Shown: piece after piece, positions 53,483 through 63,506 of the stretch | Position numbering within the stretch: position 1 is the first letter of the stretch | Layout: every line of letters begins with the position of its first letter | Source of the DNA: a phage | Length of the DNA: 64,000 bases | Strand: one strand, 5' to 3' | Sequence record: PX104378.1 | Made by a program: the position numbers and the translations under genes | The notes under the pieces: generated by a model | Database searches by the model: none | Seen by the model: the letters and a program-made list of their open reading frames with translations, nothing else | What the model was told of the DNA's origin: nothing

Positions 53483-54321
53483 TGGCACGACTTTCTAAAC
53501 AAGAACAAAAATTACACGACCGAGCAATGGAGTTGATTAATTCAGATCGTCCATTGACATATGAAGAAAAAGAATTTTGCTATAATAACTATCAGGGCGA
53601 TGGGCTAGGTGGTTCCGGTGCATTCTTTACCCCAGAAGGGCTTGCATGGGATTTTACCATCGATGCGCATTGCACAGGAAAAGTATTGGATCTTTGTGCT
53701 GGGATCGGTCGTTTATCTTTTTGTATGTTACATCGTTGTAAGCCAGAAAAGATCGTATGCGTCGAACTAAATTCAGAATTTGCACGTATAGGTAAACGAC
53801 TATTACCGGAAGCAGAATGGATCACCAGCGATGTATTCGAATTTGAGTCAAACGAAAAATTCGATGTTGTGATCAGCAATCCTCCTTTCGGGAAAATCAA
53901 TACAACCGACACAAAGGATGTATTTGAATATACTGGCGGTGAGTTTGAATTTAAGGTTATGACATTAGGCCAGAAGTTTGCCGATGTAGGTTATTTTATT
54001 GTTCCTGCTGGTTCCGCTGGTTTTGCCTATTCCGGTAGACCTTATTATGACGGGACCATGAAGTCTAATAAATATCTAAAATGGAGCAAACAAACTGGTT
54101 TGGTGACTTATGCCGGATGTGGGATCGATACATCAATCTATCGCGATGAATGGCATAGTACCAACGTTTTAACAGAAGTGGTTGAGGTTCGGTATTACGA
54201 GAAAGAAGCCGTAGAAGCGCCTAAATCGCGTCCTAACGAACAAATAGAAGAAAGTAAGGAGATTACCTTACCGAAACAGGAAAGCGAGTCTGGGACTCTC
54301 TCAGACTTGTTTGACATTTAA
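53482..54321 (+). CDS. SAM-dependent methyltransferase (motif I FxGxG + motif IV NPPF)
   Basis: VLDLCAGIGRLS (SAM-binding) followed ~55 aa later by VISNPPFG; start overlaps upstream stop (TAATG). Confidence 0.8.
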   Translation: MARLSKQEQKLHDRAMELINSDRPLTYEEKEFCYNNYQGDGLGGSGAFFTPEGLAWDFTIDAHCTGKVLDLCAGIGRLSFCMLHRCKPEKIVCVELNSEFARIGKRLLPEAEWITSDVFEFESNEKFDVVISNPPFGKINTTDTKDVFEYTGGEFEFKVMTLGQKFADVGYFIVPAGSAGFAYSGRPYYDGTMKSNKYLKWSKQTGLVTYAGCGIDTSIYRDEWHSTNVLTEVVEVRYYEKEAVEAPKSRPNEQIEESKEITLPKQESESGTLSDLFDI

Positions 54322-54325
54322 TTAT

Positions 54326-54352
54326 AAGCCGTCCTTGTGGGCGGCTTTTTTG
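54326..54352 (+). terminator. intrinsic terminator after methyltransferase cassette
   Basis: Hairpin AAGCCG(tccttgtggg)CGGCTT followed by T6. Confidence 0.6.
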
Positions 54353-54361
54353 TATGTATTT

Positions 54362-54369
54362 TATAAATA
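54362..54369 (+). promoter_or_regulatory. T4-type late promoter TATAAATA for gene 9
   Basis: Exact TATAAATA 28 nt upstream of gp9 ATG. Confidence 0.7.
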
Positions 54370-54396
54370 ATACATCATAACATGAGGAATTAAACA

Positions 54397-55251
54397 ATGG
54401 CACAAGTTCCAAAGAAAAGAATAGACACAGGTACGGTCGGCAATCCATCGACTGGCGATATTTTATATGATGGCGGTAATAAAATTAACGATAACTTTGA
54501 TTCAATATATGACGCATTTGCTGATCAGCGGTTTAAAGACGTAGACCACGGAGTGGGAAGAATGGTTATTCATGCAACCGGATACTATCAGAAGCATCCA
54601 CGTCAAAGCTACGCTGGTTCCGCTGTTGAGATTGGGAGTCTACACGATATCGATACAACTCAAGGCGCACTTATTGCTATTCTACCTAAAGCAAAGGTTG
54701 GCGAGGGTGTTGTATTCATAAATAGTAACGGTAGCCTTTCAACGACGACACCGCTCAATATTCGAACTCAAGCAGGTGATTCTATTAGCGGGTATTCCGG
54801 TGATGCTACAATAACACAACCATTTTCAAAAGTCACTGTTTGGTGTACTGCCGTTGAAGGTAGTCGCGTAACATGGCGATTGGGTATCGAAAGTATGTTT
54901 ACCGATACAACAACGCCATTAGATAAAACAGTTAACGTAACTGGAGTAGCAACAAACGTTGCTATTGCCGCAAAAACAGAATACGTTTCCATCAAATTAT
55001 TAACTACCGCTAGCAATACATCCGGTTCAAAAATGCGTTCAAGTGAAACGCTACTGATGATTGATTCTAAAGCCGGAAAAGTTTATGCGACGGAATATGC
55101 AGTTTTGCAGAAGACAGAAGATGAACTATACACGGTTCGTTATTTCATCGGTTCCGGCGATAAAGTATATGCAGAGTATAAGGCCACTGGCGAAAATATT
55201 CGTTTAGCAGTTAAAGCCGTAGACACTATTAAAATCGGGGTTGCTACATGA
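54397..55251 (+). CDS. 9: gp9 baseplate wedge tail-fibre connector
   Basis: PKKRIDTGTVGNPSTGDILYDGGNKINDNFDSIYDAF..HATGYYQKH matches T4 gp9; TATAAATA 28 nt upstream. Confidence 0.9.
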   Translation: MAQVPKKRIDTGTVGNPSTGDILYDGGNKINDNFDSIYDAFADQRFKDVDHGVGRMVIHATGYYQKHPRQSYAGSAVEIGSLHDIDTTQGALIAILPKAKVGEGVVFINSNGSLSTTTPLNIRTQAGDSISGYSGDATITQPFSKVTVWCTAVEGSRVTWRLGIESMFTDTTTPLDKTVNVTGVATNVAIAAKTEYVSIKLLTTASNTSGSKMRSSETLLMIDSKAGKVYATEYAVLQKTEDELYTVRYFIGSGDKVYAEYKATGENIRLAVKAVDTIKIGVAT

Positions 55252-57050
55252 AACAATTAATTAATATCGGTAACGTTGTTGATGACGGTACAGGTGATTA
55301 TCTAAGAAAAGGTGGTCAAAAGATTAATGACAACTTTTCTGAACTTTACACTAAGCTGGGGGATGGTGATATCCCTCATGCATCCGGCGCGTGGAAAACT
55401 CACACACAACCAGTATTAAAACCAAATTTTGGTGATGCATGGGCGATTAATACAACTAACAACGCTGTTTCTGTTGAATTGCCTAAAGGAAGCGCGAGTG
55501 ATTATAATAAAACAATTAAACTTCGTGATGTTTGGCGCTCATGGGCTGCACATAACGTAACATTGAAGCCAGCACAAGGTGATACCATTAAGGGATCTCC
55601 AATCGACCGTGAGTTGTATAAAGATTTCATGGATGTTGAATTGGTTTATTGTGCGCCTGGACGTTGGGAATATGTCGAGAATAAACGAGTAGATACTATC
55701 ACCACTTCCGATTTAAGCACAGTCGCTAAGGAAGTTTATATTGCAACCGAAGGACAAACAGACTTCCCCAATGTGTTTGGTTCCAATACTTACAATATTC
55801 GAAATGTTGAAGTGTATTATCGCGGTAACTTGCTTTATTATGGCAAGGATTTAACCGATGATTCTAACTATGGTTCAATCGGTGAAAACGGTGATATTGT
55901 TCCGCTGGACGGTAAAAGCATTAAATTACGCTTCCCTTGTTCGGCTGGTGATACCATTCAAATCATCACTTATATGGACGGTATCGCATCATTCCGGTCA
56001 AGCTATATTACTCATACAATCCGCGTTTATGAAACAGGAATGACCACTTTGGAATCCATCCCCGGTGAAGTTTGGGTTGGTGAACTAGCTAATAAGAAAG
56101 AATTTACTAATGCTGAATTAGGCGTAAGTAAGCGAGATCTTATTAATCCAAATTCATTTGAATTGCTGATTAACGGTACACAAATGATTAAAGCGGGTGA
56201 TGCGGATTTACCTTCCTTTATTTGTGAAGGTGCTGACGGTGAAACGGAAGAAACCTGCGTACTTGCTGGCGGTCAATGGGTGGAATCTGGGGAAGATTAT
56301 TCATTGATGTTCGACGAAAACAGCGTGGTGACTGGTATTAAATTATCTAAAGCACTAGATAACCGAGACACTATCACAATTCGCTGGTTTAATAATGATA
56401 TCGGAACATTAATGGAATGGGACGGTGTAGGCGGTATTAAAGAAAAAGCAGATAAAATCTATCTTAATAACGAAGATGAAGTTACTCTGACAAATCGAAT
56501 TGAATATACCGATTTCCAGAATCCAAGCCAAGCGACTAAACGCCCAATGGAAGATTATACAGGTCGTGTGATGGATATCTATTCCATATTCGATATTTTC
56601 TATCCTATAGGCACAATTTATGAAAATGCGCATAACCCAGCTAACCCAGCGACCTATATGGGATTTGGTACATGGGTACGTTATGCAGAAAAAGAATTTT
56701 TAGTTGGTTGGTCTTCTGACGCAAGCGATCAAAACTTCGCACTAAACAACAACGATCTTGATACACATGGTCAACCTACACACACCGCAGGTGGTAACGG
56801 TGGTGATGTTGCATACCAGATCAAGAAAAATATGATTCCTGAATTACAGAGCGACGATCGAGTTCTTGTAAAAGATGATAACGGAAATATTATTATCGGT
56901 GGTTGTCAGGTAGACCCTGATGCAGTAGGTCCAGCGTTTACCAAATATCGCGAAGATAATGTTAAAGTTAATCAGGGAAATACCGATCCATCAATGATTG
57001 GTATTCTTCCTCCATACAGAACTGTCTATCGTTGGCTAAGGGTAGGTTAA
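55248..57050 (+). CDS. 10: gp10 baseplate wedge protein
   Basis: 600 aa (T4 602), N-terminal GDYLRKGGQKINDNF parallels gp9/gp10 shared motif; synteny. Confidence 0.9.
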   Translation: MKQLINIGNVVDDGTGDYLRKGGQKINDNFSELYTKLGDGDIPHASGAWKTHTQPVLKPNFGDAWAINTTNNAVSVELPKGSASDYNKTIKLRDVWRSWAAHNVTLKPAQGDTIKGSPIDRELYKDFMDVELVYCAPGRWEYVENKRVDTITTSDLSTVAKEVYIATEGQTDFPNVFGSNTYNIRNVEVYYRGNLLYYGKDLTDDSNYGSIGENGDIVPLDGKSIKLRFPCSAGDTIQIITYMDGIASFRSSYITHTIRVYETGMTTLESIPGEVWVGELANKKEFTNAELGVSKRDLINPNSFELLINGTQMIKAGDADLPSFICEGADGETEETCVLAGGQWVESGEDYSLMFDENSVVTGIKLSKALDNRDTITIRWFNNDIGTLMEWDGVGGIKEKADKIYLNNEDEVTLTNRIEYTDFQNPSQATKRPMEDYTGRVMDIYSIFDIFYPIGTIYENAHNPANPATYMGFGTWVRYAEKEFLVGWSSDASDQNFALNNNDLDTHGQPTHTAGGNGGDVAYQIKKNMIPELQSDDRVLVKDDNGNIIIGGCQVDPDAVGPAFTKYREDNVKVNQGNTDPSMIGILPPYRTVYRWLRVG

Positions 57051-57051
57051 T

Positions 57052-57696
57052 ATGATTTCGAAAACACGTTCAAAAGCTAGTGTATTTTCCAGCGATGCGG
57101 CGTTTATTTCATACGATCCAGGATCGAAAGATCCTGTTATCGGTGGTTCTCGTCCTATCGGTGGTGTTAATGTCGATCAATCAAGAAAAGGTTCCTATGT
57201 AAGCAACGTTCAATCTGCAATTGATGACCTTTATTCGTTGTCAATGATCCGAATTGGTGACGTTTTAGTAACAACAAACTCAACTGCACCACAATCGGCA
57301 GGGCAAATTGAAACATTAACATTTGCAGGAAGTGTTAATAATCAACATAACCCAGAAGCAAAGAAAGTATTAATTGATGTTTTGGGTTATCCATTTATTG
57401 TTGACGTTGGGTCTTCCGGCGTTTCTCTATGTGAGAAAGTAACGGAAAAATTTACCGAACTAATGAATAAAAACATTATGTTCAAAGAAGTAAAAAGAAA
57501 AGGAAGTAGCAACGATCAACTAGAAATTCATTATATCGATTCTCTTGAACATCCACCAACCGATATTAACAAGTACGGAATTACAATCACAGGAAATGTT
57601 GATTCCCCTGCCCGTGTTGGTTATGGTTCATGGTCTCGCATGGGTACAGAAGAGAAATTTGGAACTACCCTATATTATTTCAAACGTATTGCATAA
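57052..57696 (+). CDS. 11: gp11 baseplate wedge / short tail fibre attachment protein
   Basis: 214 aa (T4 219), synteny between 10 and 12. Confidence 0.9.
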   Translation: MISKTRSKASVFSSDAAFISYDPGSKDPVIGGSRPIGGVNVDQSRKGSYVSNVQSAIDDLYSLSMIRIGDVLVTTNSTAPQSAGQIETLTFAGSVNNQHNPEAKKVLIDVLGYPFIVDVGSSGVSLCEKVTEKFTELMNKNIMFKEVKRKGSSNDQLEIHYIDSLEHPPTDINKYGITITGNVDSPARVGYGSWSRMGTEEKFGTTLYYFKRIA

Positions 57697-57707
57697 GGTG
57701 ATGTATA

Positions 57708-59108
57708 ATGGCAAACAATACTATTAACCATGTAAAAGACGATGCTCAATACGTCAAGTTTAACCCTGTAAATGATTGGCCTCAAAGCATTACCAACGTA
57801 CAAGCGGCTTTAGCCGCTATTAATGGATTTGCCGTAAATGGATTACCGGACGCTACGGAAGATACAGCCGGGATCGCTGCAATCGCAACTCAGGAAGAAG
57901 TAAACGACGGTACTGTAGACAATAAGATCGTGACACCAAAAACATTGGCGGTTAAAATGTCACGCCCAGATGCTACAAAAGAAGTAAAGGGTATCACCCG
58001 ATTTGCCACAATGGAAGAATCGCTGCAAGAGAGCAACGAGAACATGGCAATCGGTCCAGATACACTAAACCATTACTTCACCACTAAAAAGGCGTCAGAG
58101 AGCGTTCAGGGGACTATTAAGATATGTTCTCTTGAGGCAGCAAAGATTGGCAGTGATGACACAATGGCAGTAACACCGAAAAAGATGCACACTGCCATTG
58201 CACAGATTGTACCCGGATTAATTCCAGATCAAAACACAGCAACCGAAAGCGCACAGGGTTTAGTTCAGTTAGCAACCAATGCGCAAGTTTTGCAAGGCCA
58301 GATTCGAGAAGGTTTTGCAATTAGCCCTTATGCATTTGCAAATGCTCGCGCCAATGAGAATCAGGCGGGTACTGTTAAGATCGCCAGCCAGTCACAGATG
58401 AATGCTGGTTCAGATGATACTGTAGTTGTTTCTGCTAAGAAGTTTGCAAGCACTAAGGCAACAACGTCTCAATACGGTATTGTTAAACTACGAGACACCG
58501 TAGGAAGTGAGGCTAACGCTGCACTATCAGCAAATGCTAAGGTTCTTCCTAGCACTGGCGGTACGGTAAGCGGAAACGTCTATAAAGGTTCTAACTCAGA
58601 CGGCAACCAGTTTGTTACTAAAAATGAATTAGCGAGTCACGCAATGCCAATTGGTGGTATTATCCTTTCTGGATTCAATGCTGATCGCGGTGACTTCATG
58701 ATCTGTAATGGTCGTTCACTGAATAAAAATCAATATCCGCAATTATTTTCTGCGATTGGTTATACCTTTGGTGGTTCAGGTAACAATTTTAACCTTCCTG
58801 ATATGCGCGGTTTAGTTGCTCGTGGTTGCGATCATGGAAGAAACCTTGATCCAGGCCGTCGATTTGGTTCTTATCAAGAAGACGCAATGCAGAGAATTAC
58901 TGGTAAATTCCCTGTAGCTGACCGCTGGCGCGGTTGGTATGGTGGCGCATTTACTGCACAGCGCGGTCAATGGAGCACGAACTATAAAAACGGTGGGGGT
59001 GATGATTGGGGTTCTACTGTTAACTTTGACTCAGGAAGATCCGTAAGAACGGCTAACGAGACTCGCGTCAAGAGTCTGGCATTAAACTATATCATAAGGG
59101 TGCGCTAA
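57708..59108 (+). CDS. 12: gp12 short tail fibre
   Basis: YVKFNPVNDWPQSITNVQAALAAIN..NGLPDAT and C-terminal NLPDMRGLVARG..LALNYIIRV match T4 gp12. Confidence 0.9.
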   Translation: MANNTINHVKDDAQYVKFNPVNDWPQSITNVQAALAAINGFAVNGLPDATEDTAGIAAIATQEEVNDGTVDNKIVTPKTLAVKMSRPDATKEVKGITRFATMEESLQESNENMAIGPDTLNHYFTTKKASESVQGTIKICSLEAAKIGSDDTMAVTPKKMHTAIAQIVPGLIPDQNTATESAQGLVQLATNAQVLQGQIREGFAISPYAFANARANENQAGTVKIASQSQMNAGSDDTVVVSAKKFASTKATTSQYGIVKLRDTVGSEANAALSANAKVLPSTGGTVSGNVYKGSNSDGNQFVTKNELASHAMPIGGIILSGFNADRGDFMICNGRSLNKNQYPQLFSAIGYTFGGSGNNFNLPDMRGLVARGCDHGRNLDPGRRFGSYQEDAMQRITGKFPVADRWRGWYGGAFTAQRGQWSTNYKNGGGDDWGSTVNFDSGRSVRTANETRVKSLALNYIIRVR

Positions 59109-60877
59109 TGATTGAACAATTAAACATCCACGAGATCCCAAATGTTGACGGTGTACCAGGCGAAGGACAGCACCGTATTAATTGGATCAAGAATGGCGAA
59201 TGTTTAAGCGCAGCAACGACACAGACTGGCAATGACGGGACGCTTAACCGCGCCCCGGTTGCAATTCAAGAAAACGTTGCACGCGTAAACGAAAACGCAA
59301 AATCAACCGTCGCTAAAGTTAACGAGGTTGTAACGGCGGTTAACGATATTAAAACAACTTTAGGGGCAATTTCTGACGGAAGTATCATTGATGTGGTTAA
59401 CCAGACTGTCGCAAAAGTTGAATCCGTCGAAGAGAACTTAGGAGAAACAGCAAAAACTCTGCAAACAACGGTAGACGCTGTATCAGAACTTAACGTCAAG
59501 ATTGGTGATCGCCCCGCTGCCGATCCGAGCACAAGAACAATCTATGATGACATTTCTTTCATCAAACAAGAAATGGGTTCTTATCCTAACTTTAATATTA
59601 ATGGTTCGCCTGATGCGGGTAATTCCGGTTCCGGCATCAAATACCGAGTTATTCAGAATACCGCAGCATTAAACGACCACGGTCGCCGAATCGTTCAGCT
59701 TGAAAACGACTGGCAAGATTCTGACGTAGGCGAGTTAACAAAACAAGTTAACAAAATGCGCAGTGAGATCGGCGACACGTCTCTTGCAACACAAGAAAAT
59801 GTGTATGTTCGTCTCCGCACCAACGCAAGAAACATTGCTAACTTATCAAACGAAGTTCTAGAAGTCAAGAAAGCAATTTTGTTTGATTCAATCCCTGATA
59901 TCGGGACTAAAGTCACTACGCTGGGAACTAATTATGAACGTCTAAACAATGATGTTAATGGTGTAGATTCCGGTATTCGTCCTCGTCTTCTGGCTGTCGA
60001 GAATAAGATCGGAACGCCTCAATCGGCTGGAAGCATTGATTATCGATTAACCAACACAGAGCGAGAATTTTTAGATCTTAAACAGGTTGTTGGTGTAAGC
60101 GGTGCTGACGGTTTGCGCGGTGAAGTTGCTCGACTTTCCAATGAGATTGGTACTGACAGCGATCGACATACTCTAGCCGGACGTCTTAAAGTTGTAGAAA
60201 ACACTCAGGGTCGGTTAGAAGCAAGCGTACAGGACATGGAACAGCTTGTCGGTGATCGCGAATCAGGTTTGACCGCTGGCGTTATTAAACTATCAAGTGA
60301 TATCTATGGTGATGATGGTTCAGAAGATCCATTTACTAAGAAAGGCGTGATTAAAATCGTCAAAGAGCTACAAACATCTAACGGAAACAAAGTAGATGAT
60401 GTACCTGATGACGGTTTCCATTATCTGCGTAAGCGCGGAGAATGGGTGCAAGTTGCATATGCTGCTGGAGCATTTAAAAATACCGCAGATATTACGGTTG
60501 AACTTAACGAACAGGATGTTTATAAACCGATTCCGCTTAACGACATGGCGGCAGAAGTTAATGTGCGTCAAATGGTGAAAAGTGAATCTGTTGTTACCGT
60601 TCAGGACAAAGGTTTATTCCGTTGTGTATTCCGTTGCGCTGTACACGCTCAACATAATGCAACATTCATTGTTGCGATTTTCAAAAATGGACAGATGGTA
60701 TATGAAGCGAAAAATGGTCATTACGGCACAGACGAATTGATCAGCTATTCTACCAGTGCTTTCCTAAATATTGAAAAGGGCGACCAGATTAACATCCGTA
60801 TTAAAGGTGTTTCTCAGGAAGCAGTGGCACAACCAGCACAAATTAAAGAGTTCCTCTTTGGGATTTCTCCGGTATAA
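59108..60877 (+). CDS. wac: fibritin (wac) with additional C-terminal domain
   Basis: N-terminus IPNVDGVPGEGQHRINWIKNGE like T4 wac; coiled-coil body; foldon-like DDGFHYLRKRGEWVQV at ~res 435-450 followed by ~138 extra residues. Confidence 0.85.
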   Translation: MIEQLNIHEIPNVDGVPGEGQHRINWIKNGECLSAATTQTGNDGTLNRAPVAIQENVARVNENAKSTVAKVNEVVTAVNDIKTTLGAISDGSIIDVVNQTVAKVESVEENLGETAKTLQTTVDAVSELNVKIGDRPAADPSTRTIYDDISFIKQEMGSYPNFNINGSPDAGNSGSGIKYRVIQNTAALNDHGRRIVQLENDWQDSDVGELTKQVNKMRSEIGDTSLATQENVYVRLRTNARNIANLSNEVLEVKKAILFDSIPDIGTKVTTLGTNYERLNNDVNGVDSGIRPRLLAVENKIGTPQSAGSIDYRLTNTEREFLDLKQVVGVSGADGLRGEVARLSNEIGTDSDRHTLAGRLKVVENTQGRLEASVQDMEQLVGDRESGLTAGVIKLSSDIYGDDGSEDPFTKKGVIKIVKELQTSNGNKVDDVPDDGFHYLRKRGEWVQVAYAAGAFKNTADITVELNEQDVYKPIPLNDMAAEVNVRQMVKSESVVTVQDKGLFRCVFRCAVHAQHNATFIVAIFKNGQMVYEAKNGHYGTDELISYSTSAFLNIEKGDQINIRIKGVSQEAVAQPAQIKEFLFGISPV

Positions 60878-60883
60878 GAAATT

Positions 60884-60908
60884 AAAGGGGCGTTAAGCCC
60901 CTTTTTCG
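60884..60908 (+). terminator. intrinsic terminator after wac
   Basis: Hairpin AAAGGGGC(gttaa)GCCCCTTT followed by T-run. Confidence 0.65.
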
Positions 60909-60923
60909 TTTATAGGTGATATT

Positions 60924-61856
60924 ATGTCAGGATATGTAACCAATAACCCAAGAGAATTAAAAGACGCTATTCTGCGTCGTTTAGGCGCACCAGTAATTAA
61001 CGTAGAAGTAACAGAAGACCAGATTTACGATTGTATTCAGAGAGCACTAGAACTCTATGGGGAATATCATTTCGATGGTGTGAATAAAGGATATAAAGTA
61101 TTTCGTGTTAGTGCAGAGCAAGCGCAACATGGGGTATTTGATTTAAGCGATTCTGGAGTATTTGCAGTAACTAAAATAATTCGAACAAACGTAGGTAGCG
61201 CGGCTACGATGGATGGTACTGCCGTTTATCCGTGGTTTACCGACTTTCTGTTGGGTTTAGCGGGTGTAAATGGCGGTTTAGGATCTGGCTGTAGTAAATT
61301 TTATGGTCCAAATGCAATGGGCGGTGATCTAGGATATTTCGAACAGCTTATGAGCTATCGAGCCACTATGCAAAATATGCTCAATCCGCTGCCAGATTAT
61401 TGGTATAACAGCGCAAACGGACAACTTAAGATTACAGGAAACTTCCGAGAAGGTGATCTCATTGTTGTTGAATTATATGTTAAAAGCTATGTAGATGTTC
61501 CTGATATGATCGGCGCGGTTGCTGGCTATGCCCATGCAGGAGGATGTTCTACCGCTGGCGGGATTAGCGCCGTTTATGATAATCCAACTGCTGGTTTAAG
61601 CGGGATTGTTGCTGGCATGGGACCGATCAGTGAGAACAAGCAGGGCGCATATAATAACCGTTGGGTTAAAGACATGGCAACCGCTTTCACTAAGGAGGTG
61701 TGGGGGTCAATCATGGCTAAACATCAAGGTCTGCAATTACCCGGTGGTGTCACTGTTGATGGTATCCGAATCATTGAAGAAGCACGCGCCGACATTGAGA
61801 AATTGCGACAAGAACTAGAATTATTAGATCCTCCGTTCGGCATCCTCATGATTTGA
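60924..61856 (+). CDS. 13: gp13 neck protein
   Basis: Near-identical N-terminus to T4 gp13 ([42 protein letters not shown]) and C-terminus LDPPFGILM. Confidence 0.95.
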   Translation: MSGYVTNNPRELKDAILRRLGAPVINVEVTEDQIYDCIQRALELYGEYHFDGVNKGYKVFRVSAEQAQHGVFDLSDSGVFAVTKIIRTNVGSAATMDGTAVYPWFTDFLLGLAGVNGGLGSGCSKFYGPNAMGGDLGYFEQLMSYRATMQNMLNPLPDYWYNSANGQLKITGNFREGDLIVVELYVKSYVDVPDMIGAVAGYAHAGGCSTAGGISAVYDNPTAGLSGIVAGMGPISENKQGAYNNRWVKDMATAFTKEVWGSIMAKHQGLQLPGGVTVDGIRIIEEARADIEKLRQELELLDPPFGILMI

Positions 61857-61892
61857 TTTATTGGGGGAGTATTCCCCCATTTGGAGTAACAT

Positions 61893-62633
61893 ATGTTTAA
61901 CACCACTCTTTTTGCTCGCCTTGAATCGCAAAAGGATTATGAGAATACACGACAAACAGAGATTCTCAATCCTTATGTGAACTTTCACAAATATACAAAT
62001 ACTCAGACGTTAGCCGACGTTATGGTCGCAGAAGCTATCCAGATGAGAGGTGTAGAATTATATTACATCCCTCGTGAATTTGTCAAGCCAGATATGATCT
62101 TTGGTGAAGATGTTCAAAGCAAATTCACTAAAGCATGGAAATTTGCGGCTTATATTAACTCGTTTGATGGTTATGAAGGTGCGGGTAATTTCTTCTCTAG
62201 TTTCGGGTATCAAGCTAATGATGAATTAACTTTTACGGTTAACCCCAACCTATTCAAGCATCAAGTAGATGATCAAGAGCCAAAATCAGGTGACTTGATT
62301 TATATTCCAATGAGTAATGATCTCTTTGAAATTAATTACGTCGAGCCATATCAGCCGTTTTTTCAGGCTGGAAAAAATGCCATGCGTAAAATTATTGCAG
62401 AGAAATTCGTGTATAGCGGCGAGGAATTGCGACCAGAATTACAGCGTAATGATGGAATTAATGTTGATGAGTTCGCAGATCTGGATCTTGCACCGATCAC
62501 TAATCTGGACGGGTTAACAGATATCAACTTAGATCAGTACAAAGAAGATAAGCAATTCAGAAGCGAAGGACAAGATTTTATTGATCCGTTTGATCCTATT
62601 AATGGCAAGGGTTCACCTTTCGCCGATTTTTGA
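61893..62633 (+). CDS. 14: gp14 neck protein
   Basis: [35 protein letters not shown] matches T4 gp14. Confidence 0.95.
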   Translation: MFNTTLFARLESQKDYENTRQTEILNPYVNFHKYTNTQTLADVMVAEAIQMRGVELYYIPREFVKPDMIFGEDVQSKFTKAWKFAAYINSFDGYEGAGNFFSSFGYQANDELTFTVNPNLFKHQVDDQEPKSGDLIYIPMSNDLFEINYVEPYQPFFQAGKNAMRKIIAEKFVYSGEELRPELQRNDGINVDEFADLDLAPITNLDGLTDINLDQYKEDKQFRSEGQDFIDPFDPINGKGSPFADF

Positions 62634-62659
62634 TAAATACTCATAAACAAGGGGGTCAA

Positions 62660-63493
62660 ATGTTCGGTTGGCACTATAATTCGTCAATTAGACGGTATAT
62701 TGTATTGCTGGGTAATTTATTCTCCGGTGTACAAATTAAAAGGGTGCGTAGTGACGGTGAGCGTTTTATTAAAGTTCCTATCACCTACGCAAAGAAAGAA
62801 AAATTCATGATGAGTCTGGACAAATATAACAATATCTCAAGTGAGGAAGACGTAGCAAAGGTAGAAACTATTTTACCGCGTATGTGTCTTTCTTTGATTG
62901 ATATGACATACGCCCAGAACTTTAAAACCAATATTGCAAATAAGACAGTACCAAAATATACGGCTGATGGAATCAGGAGTGTGACACAATATAACCCTGT
63001 ACCATATAAGTTTACTTTCGAGTTGGGGATTTATACACGTAACGAAGATGACATGTTTCAGATAATTGAACAGATTCTTCCTTACTTCCAGCCTCATTTT
63101 AACTGTAAGATTAAAGAACTACACGGTAATGATGTATGGATTGATCGAGATATTCAGGTCACAATTAGTTCTATTACTCCAGATGAACAGGTAGGCGAAG
63201 ATAAGTTTTCTCGTCGCCGTCTTGAGTGGACCATTATGTTCGAATTTATCGGGTTTATATATCCTCCAGCTACCGACGTTAAGGGGGAAATTAGAACGAT
63301 TTATCTTGATTTTCATGCTAATTCTCGCGAATTAAATCCTAGCGGTAATTTTGAATCAGTGGATCACGAGGTCGTTAAACGTGATGTTGAGCAAGAAGAA
63401 TGGGACGGAACTGTCAAAGAATCATATTCTAGTGATATTCCTGTACCAGTTGCACCAACTCCACCGGGTCCACGTATTGTAAGAGAATTTTAA
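62660..63493 (+). CDS. 15: gp15 tail sheath stabiliser / tail completion protein
   Basis: MFGWHYNSSIRRY..FIKVPITYAKKEKFMM..QIIEQILPYFQPHFN matches T4 gp15; start at ATG 62660 after AAGGGGG RBS. Confidence 0.9.
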   Translation: MFGWHYNSSIRRYIVLLGNLFSGVQIKRVRSDGERFIKVPITYAKKEKFMMSLDKYNNISSEEDVAKVETILPRMCLSLIDMTYAQNFKTNIANKTVPKYTADGIRSVTQYNPVPYKFTFELGIYTRNEDDMFQIIEQILPYFQPHFNCKIKELHGNDVWIDRDIQVTISSITPDEQVGEDKFSRRRLEWTIMFEFIGFIYPPATDVKGEIRTIYLDFHANSRELNPSGNFESVDHEVVKRDVEQEEWDGTVKESYSSDIPVPVAPTPPGPRIVREF

Positions 63494-63506
63494 GAGGTAA
63501 TTTATT

